Positions 1 through 10,489 of a DNA stretch of 64,000 bases are shown here, piece by piece (within the stretch, counting starts at the first letter, position 1; each line of letters opens with the position of its first letter). Under the pieces are notes generated by a model that was not told where the DNA came from, searched no databases, and saw only the letters and a list, made by a program, of their open reading frames with translations. Both the position numbers and the translations under genes were made by a program. The DNA is from an uncultured Candidatus Saccharibacteria bacterium (GTDB taxonomy: Bacteria; Patescibacteriota; Doudnabacteria; UBA920). The stretch spans positions 41,107 to 105,106 of the forward strand of contig CAYLIB010000005.1 of the NCBI GenBank assembly GCA_964384035.1, read 5' to 3'.

Positions 1-1572
1 TCCAAATTCGAAAGCGCGAATCATTGCGCCAAATTTTTCGTATACTTCTTCCTTTGAGTAACCTACGATTTCGAAGGCTTTATACATAATTTCTGGGTTG
101 TAGTTTCTGATAGCGCCTGAAGAGAGTTCTAGGCCGTTTGCAACGATGTCGTACTGGTAGGCGCGAATGTCTAAGGGGTCCATGGTATTTAAAGCCTCTA
201 AGCCTCCCTGAGGCATAGAAAATGGGTTATGCATAAAGTCGATTTTGTTGTTTTTTTCGTCCCACTCGTACATGGGGAAGTCGGTTATCCACGCCCAAGC
301 TACTACGGATGGGTCCTTTAAGCCAAAACTAGTTGCAAGTTTGTCTCGCAATTTACCTAGCACTTTATTTACTAGTTTTCTTTCATCAGCTCCGAAGAAA
401 ATTACGTCGCCTTTATCTGCTTTAGTTTTAGAGAGGATGTTTTTTACTTCTTCTTCACTGAGGAATTTTAAAATAGGGGATTTTAGTTCTTCTTCTACAA
501 CTATATAAGCAAGGCCGCCTGCACCTTCTTTTTTGACAAATTCTGTGAGTTCGTCGATTTGACTACGACTAAGTGTCGAGCCACCTTGCAAACGGATTGC
601 TTTTACAACGCCACCGTTTTTTATTGGATTACTAAAAACGCTAAACTGTGAGTTACTTAATTCGTCAGTTAGGTTAATAAGCTCCATACCGTATCTGAGG
701 TCTGGTTTGTCGCTTCCGTATTTTTCCATTGCTTCCAAATATGGAATTCTTGGAAATGGCTTTTGCATTACTTTTTTACCTGCGAAGTTTTCGGTTAGAT
801 CTATAAAAAGTGGTTCTAATTCTTGAAAGACTGTTTCGTCTTTTTCGGCGAAAGAAATCTCTAAGTCTAATTGGTAGAATTCGCCAGGGCTTCTGTCTGC
901 TCTTGCGTCTTCGTCTCTAAAACAGGGGGCAATTTGGAAGTATTTTGGTACACCGGCCACCATAAGTAATTGTTTAAACTGTTGAGGTGCTTGTGGTAGC
1001 GCATAAAATTTACCCGGATGAAGTCTTGATGGTACGAGAAAATCTCTAGCTCCTTCAGGGGAAGAAGAAGTGAGTATAGGAGTTGGTATTTCTATAAAAC
1101 CATGTTCGTCCATATAGTCACGAATATGCTTTACCATTCGGTGTCTTTTAATAAGCATTTCTTGCATTTTTGGACGTCTTAGGTCTAAGAAACGATATTT
1201 GAGACGGATATCTTCGTTAATTTCTGTGTCGCTATGTTGAATTGGGAAGGGTAGTGCTTTTGCAGAGTTTAAAATATCTAGTTTTTCTACTACTACTTCT
1301 ATTCTTCCGGTTTCAATATTTGGGTTGGCTAATTCCGGGAGTCTTTCCTGGATAGTGCCTTCTACTTTTATAACGTATTCGTCGTGGAGTTTTTCGCCAA
1401 TTTCAAAAGCATCTTTGGTTTCTGGGTGAATAGTTAGCTGTACTATGCCTGTATGGTCTCTGAGGTCAACAAAAATAAGTCCTCCATGATCTCGACTGGA
1501 AGCTACCCAACCTTTAAGTTGGACTTTTTCTGATACTTTACTGATCGTTTCTTTGGCTAAAGTTCGGTGCAT
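1..1572 (-). CDS. aspS: Aspartyl-tRNA synthetase (C-terminus beyond window start)
   Basis: Manual reverse translation from ATG (complement of 1570-1572) gives MHRTLAKETISKVSEKVQLKGWVASSRDHGGLIFVDLRD... with the class II AspRS motif FQIAPCFRDEDARADRSPGEFYQLDLE. No stop before position 1. Not in the ORF track because it runs off the edge. Confidence 0.85.
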   Translation of the reverse strand, partial: MHRTLAKETISKVSEKVQLKGWVASSRDHGGLIFVDLRDHTGIVQLTIHPETKDAFEIGEKLHDEYVIKVEGTIQERLPELANPNIETGRIEVVVEKLDILNSAKALPFPIQHSDTEINEDIRLKYRFLDLRRPKMQEMLIKRHRMVKHIRDYMDEHGFIEIPTPILTSSSPEGARDFLVPSRLHPGKFYALPQAPQQFKQLLMVAGVPKYFQIAPCFRDEDARADRSPGEFYQLDLEISFAEKDETVFQELEPLFIDLTENFAGKKVMQKPFPRIPYLEAMEKYGSDKPDLRYGMELINLTDELSNSQFSVFSNPIKNGGVVKAIRLQGGSTLSRSQIDELTEFVKKEGAGGLAYIVVEEELKSPILKFLSEEEVKNILSKTKADKGDVIFFGADERKLVNKVLGKLRDKLATSFGLKDPSVVAWAWITDFPMYEWDEKNNKIDFMHNPFSMPQGGLEALNTMDPLDIRAYQYDIVANGLELSSGAIRNYNPEIMYKAFEIVGYSKEEVYEKFGAMIRAFEFG

Positions 1573-1678
1573 AAATTTATTGTATGGATGAAATAACTAT
1601 GTAAATTTAGCATTTTATGCCGAATTGCGCAAAAGTATGGTCTAAAATTTAAAAAAAATGACTCACTTGCCGTAAGTC

Positions 1679-2119
1679 TCAATCTATTGTCCAATTAGCA
1701 ACTATACCAAATATGAACAGTGTCCCGCCCATAATAAAATTTCTGAAATTTATTTCGTAATTCAATGAAAGTATGCCAGTGGCAACTGTGCATGCGGAGA
1801 GCATTATATAGGCGCCTCCTGTCCTGAATCCTTCCACTATTATGAATCTGAACCACATTTTACTTGTTGTGATTGCCGTTGTTACAGATCCACCCAGTAT
1901 TGCAGTGAGAAGATTAGAAGACTCTATGGATTCAGTCGTGGCTACCGACGCTCCGAGGAATACAATTAAGGCAATTCCTAGTCGAATGAGTAGTTTTATA
2001 GAACCCGAAAAGATTAGCCAGATAAACAGTGCATGTACTGTTTTATAGATGGCAACATCATTAGGGTAGAATATCCACAATATACAATAAAGCAAAATTG
2101 TGAAAAATGCTGTAAGCAT
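1679..2119 (-). CDS. Small polytopic membrane protein, unknown function
   Basis: 146 aa, four hydrophobic segments, no recognisable motif. Confidence 0.4.
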   Translation of the reverse strand: MLTAFFTILLYCILWIFYPNDVAIYKTVHALFIWLIFSGSIKLLIRLGIALIVFLGASVATTESIESSNLLTAILGGSVTTAITTSKMWFRFIIVEGFRTGGAYIMLSACTVATGILSLNYEINFRNFIMGGTLFIFGIVANWTID

Positions 2120-2242
2120 AGTTTCCCTCCTTTCATTAAGGATAGTGCAGTAAAACTGGCCGTTTGTCTATAATGGTATTGAAAAGGGTTTATAATAAAT
2201 AATAGTTATGAACAGCATTAATAAATACAAAAAAGAATACAC

Positions 2243-2824
2243 ATGGGTCTTAAAAAAATTGTTTTTGATTTAGAAACGCAAAAAGAGTTTGCTGAAGTGG
2301 GTGGAAGAGGGAAAAATCATTTATTAAAAGTATCTGTTTGTGGGATATATGAATATGCAACAGATAAATATACGATATATGAAGAAAAGGATATCCCGAG
2401 AATGGCTACTCTGTTTCAAACAGCAGACCAGCTTATTGGATATAATAGTATAGATTTTGACAATGAAGTTTTAAGACCGTATTTAAATTTTGATATAAGC
2501 CAGGTTCCCCATTTAGATTTGCTAAAGGAGGTGGAAAAGGTCATAGGACATAGGATTAAGCTAGAAAGCATTGCACAGGCAACTTTGGGAAAAGGCAAAA
2601 GTGGGTCTGGAAAAGAGGCGATTATGTATTTTAGAAACGGAAGAATGGATTTACTTAAAAAGTACTGTTTGGACGATGTGAAAATTACTAAACATATATA
2701 CGACTACGCTTTAAAAAATGGTAAGGTTCTGTATCAGGATTTTTTCAACATTAAAGAAATTCCTTTGGCAATTAGAGAACCGGCTCCTAGGTCTAAAGTA
2801 ATTCATCAACCTGCCTTGTTTTAA
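2243..2824 (+). CDS. DnaQ-like (DEDD) 3'-5' exonuclease domain protein
   Basis: Exo I FDLETQ, Exo II GYNSIDFD, Exo III YCLDDVKITKHIY. Third member of an exonuclease-like paralog set (see 30164 and 30837). Confidence 0.55.
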   Translation: MGLKKIVFDLETQKEFAEVGGRGKNHLLKVSVCGIYEYATDKYTIYEEKDIPRMATLFQTADQLIGYNSIDFDNEVLRPYLNFDISQVPHLDLLKEVEKVIGHRIKLESIAQATLGKGKSGSGKEAIMYFRNGRMDLLKKYCLDDVKITKHIYDYALKNGKVLYQDFFNIKEIPLAIREPAPRSKVIHQPALF

Positions 2825-2827
2825 AAG

Positions 2828-3697
2828 ATGCGCATAAAAACTAAAATTATTATTGGTTCATTTTTATGGATACCGATCTTAATTTCTTTGTTTTTTGTAT
2901 TTAATGGCAAAATTATTTTGCCACAGTTTTTTTATTTCAAGGGGGTTCGAATTCATTTTTATGGATTGTTTATGGGGTCTGCTGTTGGTAGTGCGATATT
3001 CCTTGCAAGACAAAGGTTTAAAAAATACCTTAGTGAAAATGAATTTGAGAATGCAACTCTGTTTATAGTTTTTTCGGGTTTTTTATGTGCTCGGTTGTAT
3101 CATGTTATAAGTCAGTATGATTTATACGTGAGAGAACCTTTAAACGCATTTAAAATTTGGAATGGGGGATTAAGTATTTATGGAGCTTTGGCTGGTGGGT
3201 TAATGGCCATCGTAATTTTAAAGAAATATTATAGTCCAATAAAGCGGCTTAATTTTAGAGAAATATTGGATTTATGTGTACCGGCTGTACTTCTGGGGCA
3301 GGTGGTTGGTAGGTTTGGAAATCTGTTTAATTACGAAGCATATGGTATACCCACTAACTTACCTTGGAAGATGTATGTCCCAGAGGAATTTAGAGTTGAG
3401 AAGTATTTGGGTCAGAGTTTTTACCATCCTGTGTTTTTATATGAAGCTCTGCTAAATTTCATTTTTTTATTAATTTTACTTTTTTTAGAGCGGAAACAGA
3501 CAAAGCATGGTTATCTTTTCTTCTTGTATTTATTAATGTATAATTCAATTCGCATTTTTCTGGAGTTCTTGCGCGTTGATTCAGTTATTAGATATGGTTT
3601 TAGGGTAAATGCGCTAATTAGTGCGATAATTGTTATAGTTAGTGTCTATATAGTTCACACATATTATGGAAAATCAAATAAAACCCTTAATACATAA
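2828..3697 (+). CDS. lgt: Prolipoprotein diacylglyceryl transferase
   Basis: Polytopic; Lgt signature GRFGNLFNYEAYG, plus HPVFLYE and LEFLR. Confidence 0.8.
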   Translation: MRIKTKIIIGSFLWIPILISLFFVFNGKIILPQFFYFKGVRIHFYGLFMGSAVGSAIFLARQRFKKYLSENEFENATLFIVFSGFLCARLYHVISQYDLYVREPLNAFKIWNGGLSIYGALAGGLMAIVILKKYYSPIKRLNFREILDLCVPAVLLGQVVGRFGNLFNYEAYGIPTNLPWKMYVPEEFRVEKYLGQSFYHPVFLYEALLNFIFLLILLFLERKQTKHGYLFFLYLLMYNSIRIFLEFLRVDSVIRYGFRVNALISAIIVIVSVYIVHTYYGKSNKTLNT

Positions 3698-4427
3698 CAT
3701 TGCTAGTTTAGTATTGACTGTACTTTTTGGGGTTTCTCTTGGCTATTTTGCTTATCCTATTCCGGTATTCAGATATATGGCAGTTAGTTTCGTTGCTTTT
3801 TTGTTAATTGCATTAGGGTATAATATCTATTTTTATGGTTATCAGATAAGAAAATATTTTTGGCAAATTGTTCTTATTATGCTCGGTTATGGTAGTTTGG
3901 GGATATTTTTCTTTTTGGCGCCTAATAAGTTTTTACAAATATTATTTTTTGCAATTGCACTCCCAGCGATTTATTTTCAGCAAAGGTTGATTGCTAATGG
4001 TGCAGAAAGCCTCCTTTCTACGAGATTAATTCTGTTGTCTGCTCCTTTTTTTCTGGCAATTTCTGCTGCTGCTAATTTTTATTTTAAAATATCCGGTGCA
4101 TTGTATATTTCGCTAGTATTCATTTTTTGTTTTTTTGTTACTCGAGGTACTTATGAATACACACCTCTTGGAGAAAAAACTAAATATTTAAACGCACTTG
4201 TAGTTTCTGTTATTACGTGTCAATTAGTCTGGGCTTTGGCATTTTTACCTTTTCATTATTCAGTTTTAGGATTGATAGCTTTTTTCTTCTATTATTTTAT
4301 TTGGCAGTTGGACTATTCAAGTATATTTAAAACCTTTAATCTTAAGAAAGCATTATTTACCGGGTCTTTATTATTATTGCTAGTTATTATATTGCTTTTA
4401 TCGACTCCTTGGAGTGTTTTGAGTTAA
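3666..4427 (+). CDS. Polytopic membrane protein, unknown
   Basis: 253 aa, about 7 TM helices; overlaps the lgt 3' end by 32 nt. Confidence 0.4.
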   Translation: MENQIKPLIHNIASLVLTVLFGVSLGYFAYPIPVFRYMAVSFVAFLLIALGYNIYFYGYQIRKYFWQIVLIMLGYGSLGIFFFLAPNKFLQILFFAIALPAIYFQQRLIANGAESLLSTRLILLSAPFFLAISAAANFYFKISGALYISLVFIFCFFVTRGTYEYTPLGEKTKYLNALVVSVITCQLVWALAFLPFHYSVLGLIAFFFYYFIWQLDYSSIFKTFNLKKALFTGSLLLLLVIILLLSTPWSVLS

Positions 4428-4439
4428 TTAATATTTTTT

Positions 4440-5489
4440 ATGAAATTGAAAATTACTATATTATTTGTTTCGGCAGTTATTTTGGGTTTATTATTGGATG
4501 TTTTGTTCGGGCGTTTTCTTGCTGCTAGAATCTCTACCTTACCTATCTTAAGGAAATGGAATTTAGTATCTCCCCAAGCTCCTATAGTTATTAATACAAG
4601 AGAGCAAATTAGAGAGAGCTCTAAAGAAGATATTCAAGGGGCAATAAGTAAGCTGAAAGTTAGAATCGCAAATATAGTTATTGAGAATCAACAAAGTCTT
4701 CAGATTACTGGGTCTGCTGTAGCGTTATCTGATGACGGAATATTTGCTACTACCCAGGCTGCGTTTCCGGTATCAGGAGCGTCCTATGGGTTGGTATTGA
4801 ATGATGGACAAAAGTTTACTATTCCATCACTTACTTTGGAACAGGGTAGCAAATTAGTATTTTTCAAAATTAATAAAAGTGGTTTAACGCCTATAAGTAT
4901 TTCAGACTTGCATGATCTGGTTTCAGGACAAGAAGTATTTTTTATCAAGCAAGGGAATATGCCTCTGAAAGCACAAGTAATTTCGGCAAGAGTTAAAAGA
5001 GTTTTTGAAGATTTAGAGGATCTAACCTATTCAACTTCAAAACTTCAGAGTACCTTAGATGTGTCGAGTTCTGAAAAACCTTTACCAGGAGTAGCGTTGT
5101 CAGATTTAAATGGTAATGTCGTAGGAATTTGGGATGGAAGTAGTTTAATCCCCGGTAAATATGTAGAAATATATGTAAGGAATTTTATTCAAAATAAATT
5201 AAAAATTGAAAAGTATAATTTAGGGTTCTCTTACAAGTTGATTTTTCCAAATTCCAATAAGGACTTGGGAGATAAATTAGCACTTAAAGTAACAGAGGTA
5301 AGTAGTCCTTCGTTTGAATCGGGTTTGCTTGTAGGCGATGTGATAGTAAAAATAAACAACACATCTCTAGCTACTGCGATAGTACCAGAAGAATTGCTAT
5401 GGGAAGTTAAATCTGGGACCGGTGTAGTTTTTCAAGTAGTTAGAGAGGGCGTAGAGAAAAATATAACTATTTTTCCTAAGATAAATTAG
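4440..5489 (+). CDS. Membrane-anchored trypsin/HtrA-like protein with C-terminal PDZ domain; catalytic serine apparently absent
   Basis: N-terminal TM anchor; PDZ-like LLVGDVIVKINNTSLATA; the position of the HtrA GNSGGPL box reads SDLNGNVVGI, with no Ser. Confidence 0.4.
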   Translation: MKLKITILFVSAVILGLLLDVLFGRFLAARISTLPILRKWNLVSPQAPIVINTREQIRESSKEDIQGAISKLKVRIANIVIENQQSLQITGSAVALSDDGIFATTQAAFPVSGASYGLVLNDGQKFTIPSLTLEQGSKLVFFKINKSGLTPISISDLHDLVSGQEVFFIKQGNMPLKAQVISARVKRVFEDLEDLTYSTSKLQSTLDVSSSEKPLPGVALSDLNGNVVGIWDGSSLIPGKYVEIYVRNFIQNKLKIEKYNLGFSYKLIFPNSNKDLGDKLALKVTEVSSPSFESGLLVGDVIVKINNTSLATAIVPEELLWEVKSGTGVVFQVVREGVEKNITIFPKIN

Positions 5490-5569
5490 GGAAAATAATA
5501 ACGTCTGGGCCTATTGACAGAAGAGGCGAAAATACATACTGTTAAGCGTTAAAAATTAACGTAAAAAGT

Positions 5570-5758
5570 ATGTTTTTTCGTAATTATATTAAGGATAATA
5601 AGGGTCAGGCATTGTCTGAGTATGCTCTAATTATTGCTTTAGTCGCAATAGTTGTGATAGGTATATTGGGCAAATTTGGGGATAGTATTACTGACGCATT
5701 TACTGCTGCTAAGGGTGGTATAGACGAAGGTGTTAGCAAAAGTCAGTCTAATCGTTAG
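5570..5758 (+). CDS. flp: Flp-family type IVb prepilin
   Basis: 62 aa. Leader MFFRNYIKDNKG then QALSEYALIIALVAIVVIG: G(-1), E(+5), Y(+6) Flp motif followed by a hydrophobic helix. Confidence 0.7.
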   Translation: MFFRNYIKDNKGQALSEYALIIALVAIVVIGILGKFGDSITDAFTAAKGGIDEGVSKSQSNR

Positions 5759-5765
5759 TAATTAA

Positions 5766-6224
5766 ATGACTTCTAAATTCCCAAAACAATCTGGCCAGGC
5801 AATGGTTGAATTTGCTTTGGTGATAGGTTTGTTACTGTTTATTTTAACTGGGATGTTAATCCTGGGTTTTTGGTTAAGTGCTCAGCAGTTGGTAACTATG
5901 GCTGCGAGGGAGGGTTCAAGGCAAGCGGCGTTAACTTTAAATAATGAGTTAACAGAGTCGACAGTTAAAAACTCATTGAAGTATATCGACAAGCAAGGTG
6001 ATCTTACGTCTGTTGTTATTGATCCAGAAAACCCTTGGAACTCCAGTAGGGTTAGGGGAGGTTTCATTACTGTGAGTGTTACTTATAAAATGCCATTTAC
6101 CTTTAGTATTTTTGAAAAGCATTTTAAAAATGGTAGTCCATTTACAGTTGTACAAGCTTCTTCTACATCAAGGATAGAATGTGTGCCTAAGTCAGGTAGG
6201 ACTTGTCCTGTAGGGCTTTATTAA
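5766..6224 (+). CDS. tadE: TadE-like pseudopilin
   Basis: N-terminus SGQAMVEFALVIGLLLFIL (G/xxxxE processing motif). 152 aa. Confidence 0.6.
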   Translation: MTSKFPKQSGQAMVEFALVIGLLLFILTGMLILGFWLSAQQLVTMAAREGSRQAALTLNNELTESTVKNSLKYIDKQGDLTSVVIDPENPWNSSRVRGGFITVSVTYKMPFTFSIFEKHFKNGSPFTVVQASSTSRIECVPKSGRTCPVGLY

Positions 6225-6225
6225 T

Positions 6226-6816
6226 ATGAATAATTTTAGACACAAACAACTAGGTTCAGTATTGCTCATAACATCTGTAGCAATGGGCTTGGTTGTTTTT
6301 ATGATTTTATTCAGTGTAGATTTTGCAAGATATTTCATCTTTAAAGCTCGTTTGCAAAATATTGCCGATAATGCTAGCGACGCTGGTGCGCAAGTTGTAT
6401 CTGAAGAAATTGTCAGGTATGCAAAGCCAAGAATGGAGGCTTTGGATGATCCTATTTTTACTGACCCACTTGAGTATATTAACGATAATGAACGTGAAGA
6501 AATTATAAGTGGTACTGGAAGAGAAAAAATAATGTCGGCTATTGCAGAAACTGAAAAGAAAAATTTTGAAATTAGTAAATTATATGGCGGGAAATTAATT
6601 TTTGTGTCGACAGTGCCAGCTAGGATTGTGGCTAGTAGTTGTAGTACCCCTGAAAATACAGACATGATTATTAAAACAGAATTAAGTTACGAAATTCCTA
6701 TAATTTTTAAACCATTGTCAAAATTGCTCTCAAGAGAAAAATTAACTGTTAAAGCACAAAGTTTGGCCAAAGCCCCACTTTGTCCTCAGGTAAGAAACTT
6801 GTCTTATGAAATTTAA
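6226..6816 (+). CDS. TadG/TadF-like pilus assembly pseudopilin
   Basis: N-terminal TM HKQLGSVLLITSVAMGLVVF, globular remainder; position within the tad cluster. Confidence 0.4.
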   Translation: MNNFRHKQLGSVLLITSVAMGLVVFMILFSVDFARYFIFKARLQNIADNASDAGAQVVSEEIVRYAKPRMEALDDPIFTDPLEYINDNEREEIISGTGREKIMSAIAETEKKNFEISKLYGGKLIFVSTVPARIVASSCSTPENTDMIIKTELSYEIPIIFKPLSKLLSREKLTVKAQSLAKAPLCPQVRNLSYEI

Positions 6817-7513
6817 TAAACTGTTAGATCCTATCGTAAATTTTAAAATTAATAAGACATCTAAATCTTTTGCGTGGGATGTGTTTCAAGTAAGTGTGTC
6901 TATTTTATTAGCTATTTTGGCATTTGTGGTAACTAATGCTTGGGCAGAAAGTCTTTCTGAAAAAGCAGAACAGGTAGGAGTGGTTGTTGCAGGTAAGGAT
7001 TTGTCAGCGCCTAAAGTGCTTGAAGAAGGGGATTTGGTTGTTAGGTTTTTTAGAAGGGATTTATTACCTAAATCTGCAATCCCTGAAAAATCATTTAAAG
7101 ATATTTTAGGTGTAACTTTAATACACCCTTTGTCTTCCGGACAAATTTTAACTACTACGGAAATTGCGGGTAAAATAGACCCTGATTTGGGTGGATTTGT
7201 GGTACCTAGGAACGCAAAGGGATTTAGCATCCCTTCAAATTGGCTTTCAGCGCCTTTTCCAAGAATGAAGAAAGGCGACACAGTAACCATAGCTTTTGGT
7301 GGAAATGAAAAGGATAAAAATGTCTCAGGGATAATTGCACAAGGGGTACCCGTATTATCGGTTGAGAAAGGTGATGGTAATAACTTACAAAGTATATTAG
7401 TTGGATTAGACGAAAAATTAGCTTTGAATTTGGTTGAGTTAAGAGCTGGAGGTTTTCAACTGGCCATAGCGGTAGATGGGGTGGCGCCTGAGAGTACATT
7501 ATTTAAAAAATAG
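6806..7513 (+). CDS. cpaB: Flp pilus assembly protein CpaB/RcpC (SAF domain)
   Basis: N-terminal TM, then VVVAGKDLSAPKVLEEGDLVV (SAF/CpaB N-domain pattern). Confidence 0.55.
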   Translation: MKFNKLLDPIVNFKINKTSKSFAWDVFQVSVSILLAILAFVVTNAWAESLSEKAEQVGVVVAGKDLSAPKVLEEGDLVVRFFRRDLLPKSAIPEKSFKDILGVTLIHPLSSGQILTTTEIAGKIDPDLGGFVVPRNAKGFSIPSNWLSAPFPRMKKGDTVTIAFGGNEKDKNVSGIIAQGVPVLSVEKGDGNNLQSILVGLDEKLALNLVELRAGGFQLAIAVDGVAPESTLFKK

Positions 7514-7514
7514 T

Positions 7515-8723
7515 ATGACAGCAGAAGCTAAGGAAAAATTAGACTTAGTACACCGCAAAGTAGTTGAGAGGTTTGAGTTTTTGGGAGAGTTAGTGGTGAG
7601 TAAGCAAAACGTCTCCAGTAATTGTATTTTTGTATTAAACGAAATGGGGATTTTGGGAGAAGAACGAGAGTGGATTCTGTCTGCTGTATTAGATCGTGTG
7701 TTGGGGTTTGGGCCGTTAACTAGATACATTCATGATGATAATGTATCAGAAATTATGTTGAATGGTTTACATAGTTTGTATGTAGAGAAAAACGGTAAGT
7801 TGATCCAAGTAGAAAATAATTTTGGGGATGAAGATGAGATTTTGCAGGTAATAAATAAGATAGTTTCGAGAGTGGGAAGAAGAATAGATATGGCTAGTCC
7901 GATGGTTGACGCGAGGCTGCCAGATGGTTCACGTGTGAATGCTATTATCGCACCACTTTCTTTACTTGGACCGATTTTGACAATAAGGAGATTTCCAAAA
8001 CATCCACCGACTATGGATATGCTTTTGGCAAATGGAACCATAAATGATGAAATGGAATTGTTTTTAAGAGCTTGTGTAGAGGCAAGAATAAATATTGTCG
8101 TTTCTGGTGGGACCGGTAGCGGAAAGACGACAACGCTAAATGCTTTGGCAAGTTTGATTCCACACACAGAAAGAATAGTGACTATTGAAGATTCAGCGGA
8201 ACTAAAAATTTCTCATCCTCATTTGCTTTCGTTAGAGTCTAGACCTGCTAATTTGGAAGGTAATGGAGAGGTGGGGATTAGGACGTTATTAAAAAATGCT
8301 CTTCGTATGAGACCTGACAGGATAATTGTGGGAGAGATCAGAAGTGGTGAAGCTTTGGATATGCTTCAAGCAATGAATACAGGTCATCCTGGAAGTCTTA
8401 CTACAGTACATGCCAATTCTCCTTTAGAGGCTCTTCATCGTATCGAGACCATGGCGTTAATGTCGGATGTGGAATTACCGCATTTTGCTATAAGAGAACA
8501 AGTGAAAGGGGCAATAAATTTAGTGATTCAGCAAGAAAGATTGTCTTCTGGGGAGAGAAAGACAGTAGAAATTTGTGTAATGAGTGGGGATATGAATTTT
8601 GGGAATACTGGGTATGAACTTGTAAAAATCTATTCCTTTGATAAAAAAAATAATGTTTTCATAAGAAATGAAATTGGTAATAATCTAAAGCAATTTTTTC
8701 ATGATCGAGGAGTAATTTTCTAA
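7515..8723 (+). CDS. tadA: Tad pilus secretion ATPase TadA/CpaF (VirB11 family)
   Basis: Walker A GGTGSGKTTTLNAL; TIEDSAELK; RPDRIIVGEIRSGEA; MNTGHPGSLTTVHANS. Start moved to ATG 7515, 1 nt after the cpaB stop; the track start at 7476 overlaps cpaB. Confidence 0.85.
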   Translation: MTAEAKEKLDLVHRKVVERFEFLGELVVSKQNVSSNCIFVLNEMGILGEEREWILSAVLDRVLGFGPLTRYIHDDNVSEIMLNGLHSLYVEKNGKLIQVENNFGDEDEILQVINKIVSRVGRRIDMASPMVDARLPDGSRVNAIIAPLSLLGPILTIRRFPKHPPTMDMLLANGTINDEMELFLRACVEARINIVVSGGTGSGKTTTLNALASLIPHTERIVTIEDSAELKISHPHLLSLESRPANLEGNGEVGIRTLLKNALRMRPDRIIVGEIRSGEALDMLQAMNTGHPGSLTTVHANSPLEALHRIETMALMSDVELPHFAIREQVKGAINLVIQQERLSSGERKTVEICVMSGDMNFGNTGYELVKIYSFDKKNNVFIRNEIGNNLKQFFHDRGVIF

Positions 8724-9635
8724 ATGACAACGATAGATACTCAAATTTTATTAATAAATTTAAGTTTTTCTCTTCTCGTATTTTTGATATCTATCCGAGT
8801 AGAAGGGTTTATTTTTGTATTGATAAGAAGACTTTTAAAGTTAAAATTTTGGAAGCGATTTTCAAAAGTTAATGAGAGTTATTGGCCAGCAGTAATCCCT
8901 GTAAATTATTCAAATTTAGAATCTTATATCTTATGGTCTGGTATAAAAAAATATAGAGTCATAAACAGTATTTTCTTTGCGTTTATCATTTGCATTTTTT
9001 TGTCTCTAGTATTGGGTTTATTTTTTTCTACAGTATTTTTCGCTTTGTTCTGTGTGACTCAGTTGTCGTTATTACAACTTCAAGCGGGAAGGCAGAAAAA
9101 GAAATTTATTAAACAGTTGCCTGAAAGCCTGAGTGCACTTAGTTCGAGTTTGAGAGCAGGATATTCGTTGAGTGATTCTGTAGGGATTGTTGAGAGGGAA
9201 ACCGAGATTCCTGTTTCCTTGGTTTATGGTGCATTAAGAAGGAGTTTTGTATATGGATACCCATTGAATGAGACCCTTAGGATGCTAGATGGACAAATTA
9301 ATTTGGCTGAGTGGAATTTAGTCACAGAAAGTTTGTTAATTCAGAGTAAGGTGGGAGGCAATTTGATTCCTGTAATTGCTTCGGTCTCGAGAACTTTGAG
9401 AGATAAACAAGTTGTAGAAGGAGAGATCAATAGTTCTACTGCTGCTGGTAAAATGAGTGGAATTGTTTTAGCTTTGCTTGCTCCGTTGTCTTTTTTAGTT
9501 ATGCATTATCTTGCTCCGGAATATGTGAGTGTTTTTTATACGACAGGTATTGGTAAATTTTTACTCCTTGTCGCTAGTTGTATGGAAGTTTTGGGTTTTA
9601 TCACAATTATGAAAATTATTAAAGTAGATTTTTAA
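8724..9635 (+). CDS. tadB: TadB-like inner-membrane platform protein (T2SS-F domain)
   Basis: 303 aa membrane protein immediately after tadA; GspF-like topology. Confidence 0.55.
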   Translation: MTTIDTQILLINLSFSLLVFLISIRVEGFIFVLIRRLLKLKFWKRFSKVNESYWPAVIPVNYSNLESYILWSGIKKYRVINSIFFAFIICIFLSLVLGLFFSTVFFALFCVTQLSLLQLQAGRQKKKFIKQLPESLSALSSSLRAGYSLSDSVGIVERETEIPVSLVYGALRRSFVYGYPLNETLRMLDGQINLAEWNLVTESLLIQSKVGGNLIPVIASVSRTLRDKQVVEGEINSSTAAGKMSGIVLALLAPLSFLVMHYLAPEYVSVFYTTGIGKFLLLVASCMEVLGFITIMKIIKVDF

Positions 9636-10486
9636 TGACCCAAGCAATACCAATTTTGGCTTCTTTTATAGCTGGACTATCTATTTATTTACTTAGTAGT
9701 CAAATAATAGGTTTTGCAATTTTTAATTGGGAGAAATTTAAACCCCATGAGGATACAATTAACCGATTTTGGTCATTTGTTGATTCAAAAAAAGCACCTG
9801 CTTTAGTAATGTTGTTATTTAGAGGTCAGAGACTACAAAAGTTACTCGACATTTCTGGGCTTCATCCTAGATGGACTGCGAATCGTTTTTTAATTCTCAA
9901 GATGCTCTTATTTCCTGTTATTGGTTTATTAATGATAACTGTTTATTTTATTTCAGGGAGTTTAATCTTTTCATTAGCGGTGTTTCTAATATACTACCTT
10001 CTCCCGGATAGTTATGTGTTTAAGATAGGTCAAAAAAGAAATATTTTTATCCGCAGAACTCTTCCACAAATAATTGATTTACTCAGACTTCAGGCGCAGA
10101 TTGGATTGAATTTGGAGACGAGTATAGATAATTTATCATTGAGTAGGAGAGATCTATGGGGGAAAGAGTTTAAAAGGGTTGTTTTTGAAACATCGACAGG
10201 ACTAGATTTAATGAATGCGCTTGATTTTTTGAATCAAAGATTTTTGGTAGATGACTTAAGTCGCTTTACTCTTGCTGTAAAACAGAGTAAGCTCCTGGGG
10301 GTTTCTTTGTCTGAAACCTTAGGCATTCAAGCTGAGAGTTTAAGAATAAGACGTCGTCAGCTTGCTGAGGAAAGAGCAAAAACTGCATCGGTAAAGATTT
10401 CATTTCCTTTGGTTGTATTTATTTTTCCTGCGATGTTGATAATCTATCTAGCCCCGGCTGTTCTCAAAATAATGGAAATTGGATAA
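9635..10486 (+). CDS. tadC: TadC-like inner-membrane platform protein (T2SS-F domain)
   Basis: 283 aa, TM arrangement paralogous to the upstream gene; coupled start (ATGA overlap). Confidence 0.55.
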   Translation: MTQAIPILASFIAGLSIYLLSSQIIGFAIFNWEKFKPHEDTINRFWSFVDSKKAPALVMLLFRGQRLQKLLDISGLHPRWTANRFLILKMLLFPVIGLLMITVYFISGSLIFSLAVFLIYYLLPDSYVFKIGQKRNIFIRRTLPQIIDLLRLQAQIGLNLETSIDNLSLSRRDLWGKEFKRVVFETSTGLDLMNALDFLNQRFLVDDLSRFTLAVKQSKLLGVSLSETLGIQAESLRIRRRQLAEERAKTASVKISFPLVVFIFPAMLIIYLAPAVLKIMEIG

Positions 10487-10489
10487 ATT

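Noticed and set aside
245-508. 87-aa + strand ORF
   Set aside because: Lies antisense inside the aspS coding region, with a low-complexity Ser/Phe-rich product; spurious.
1842-2048. 68-aa + strand ORF
   Set aside because: Antisense to the 1679-2119 membrane-protein gene; no RBS.
7476-7514. Track start of tadA at 7476
   Set aside because: It would overlap cpaB by 38 nt; ATG 7515 lies 1 nt after the cpaB stop and gives the conserved N-terminus.
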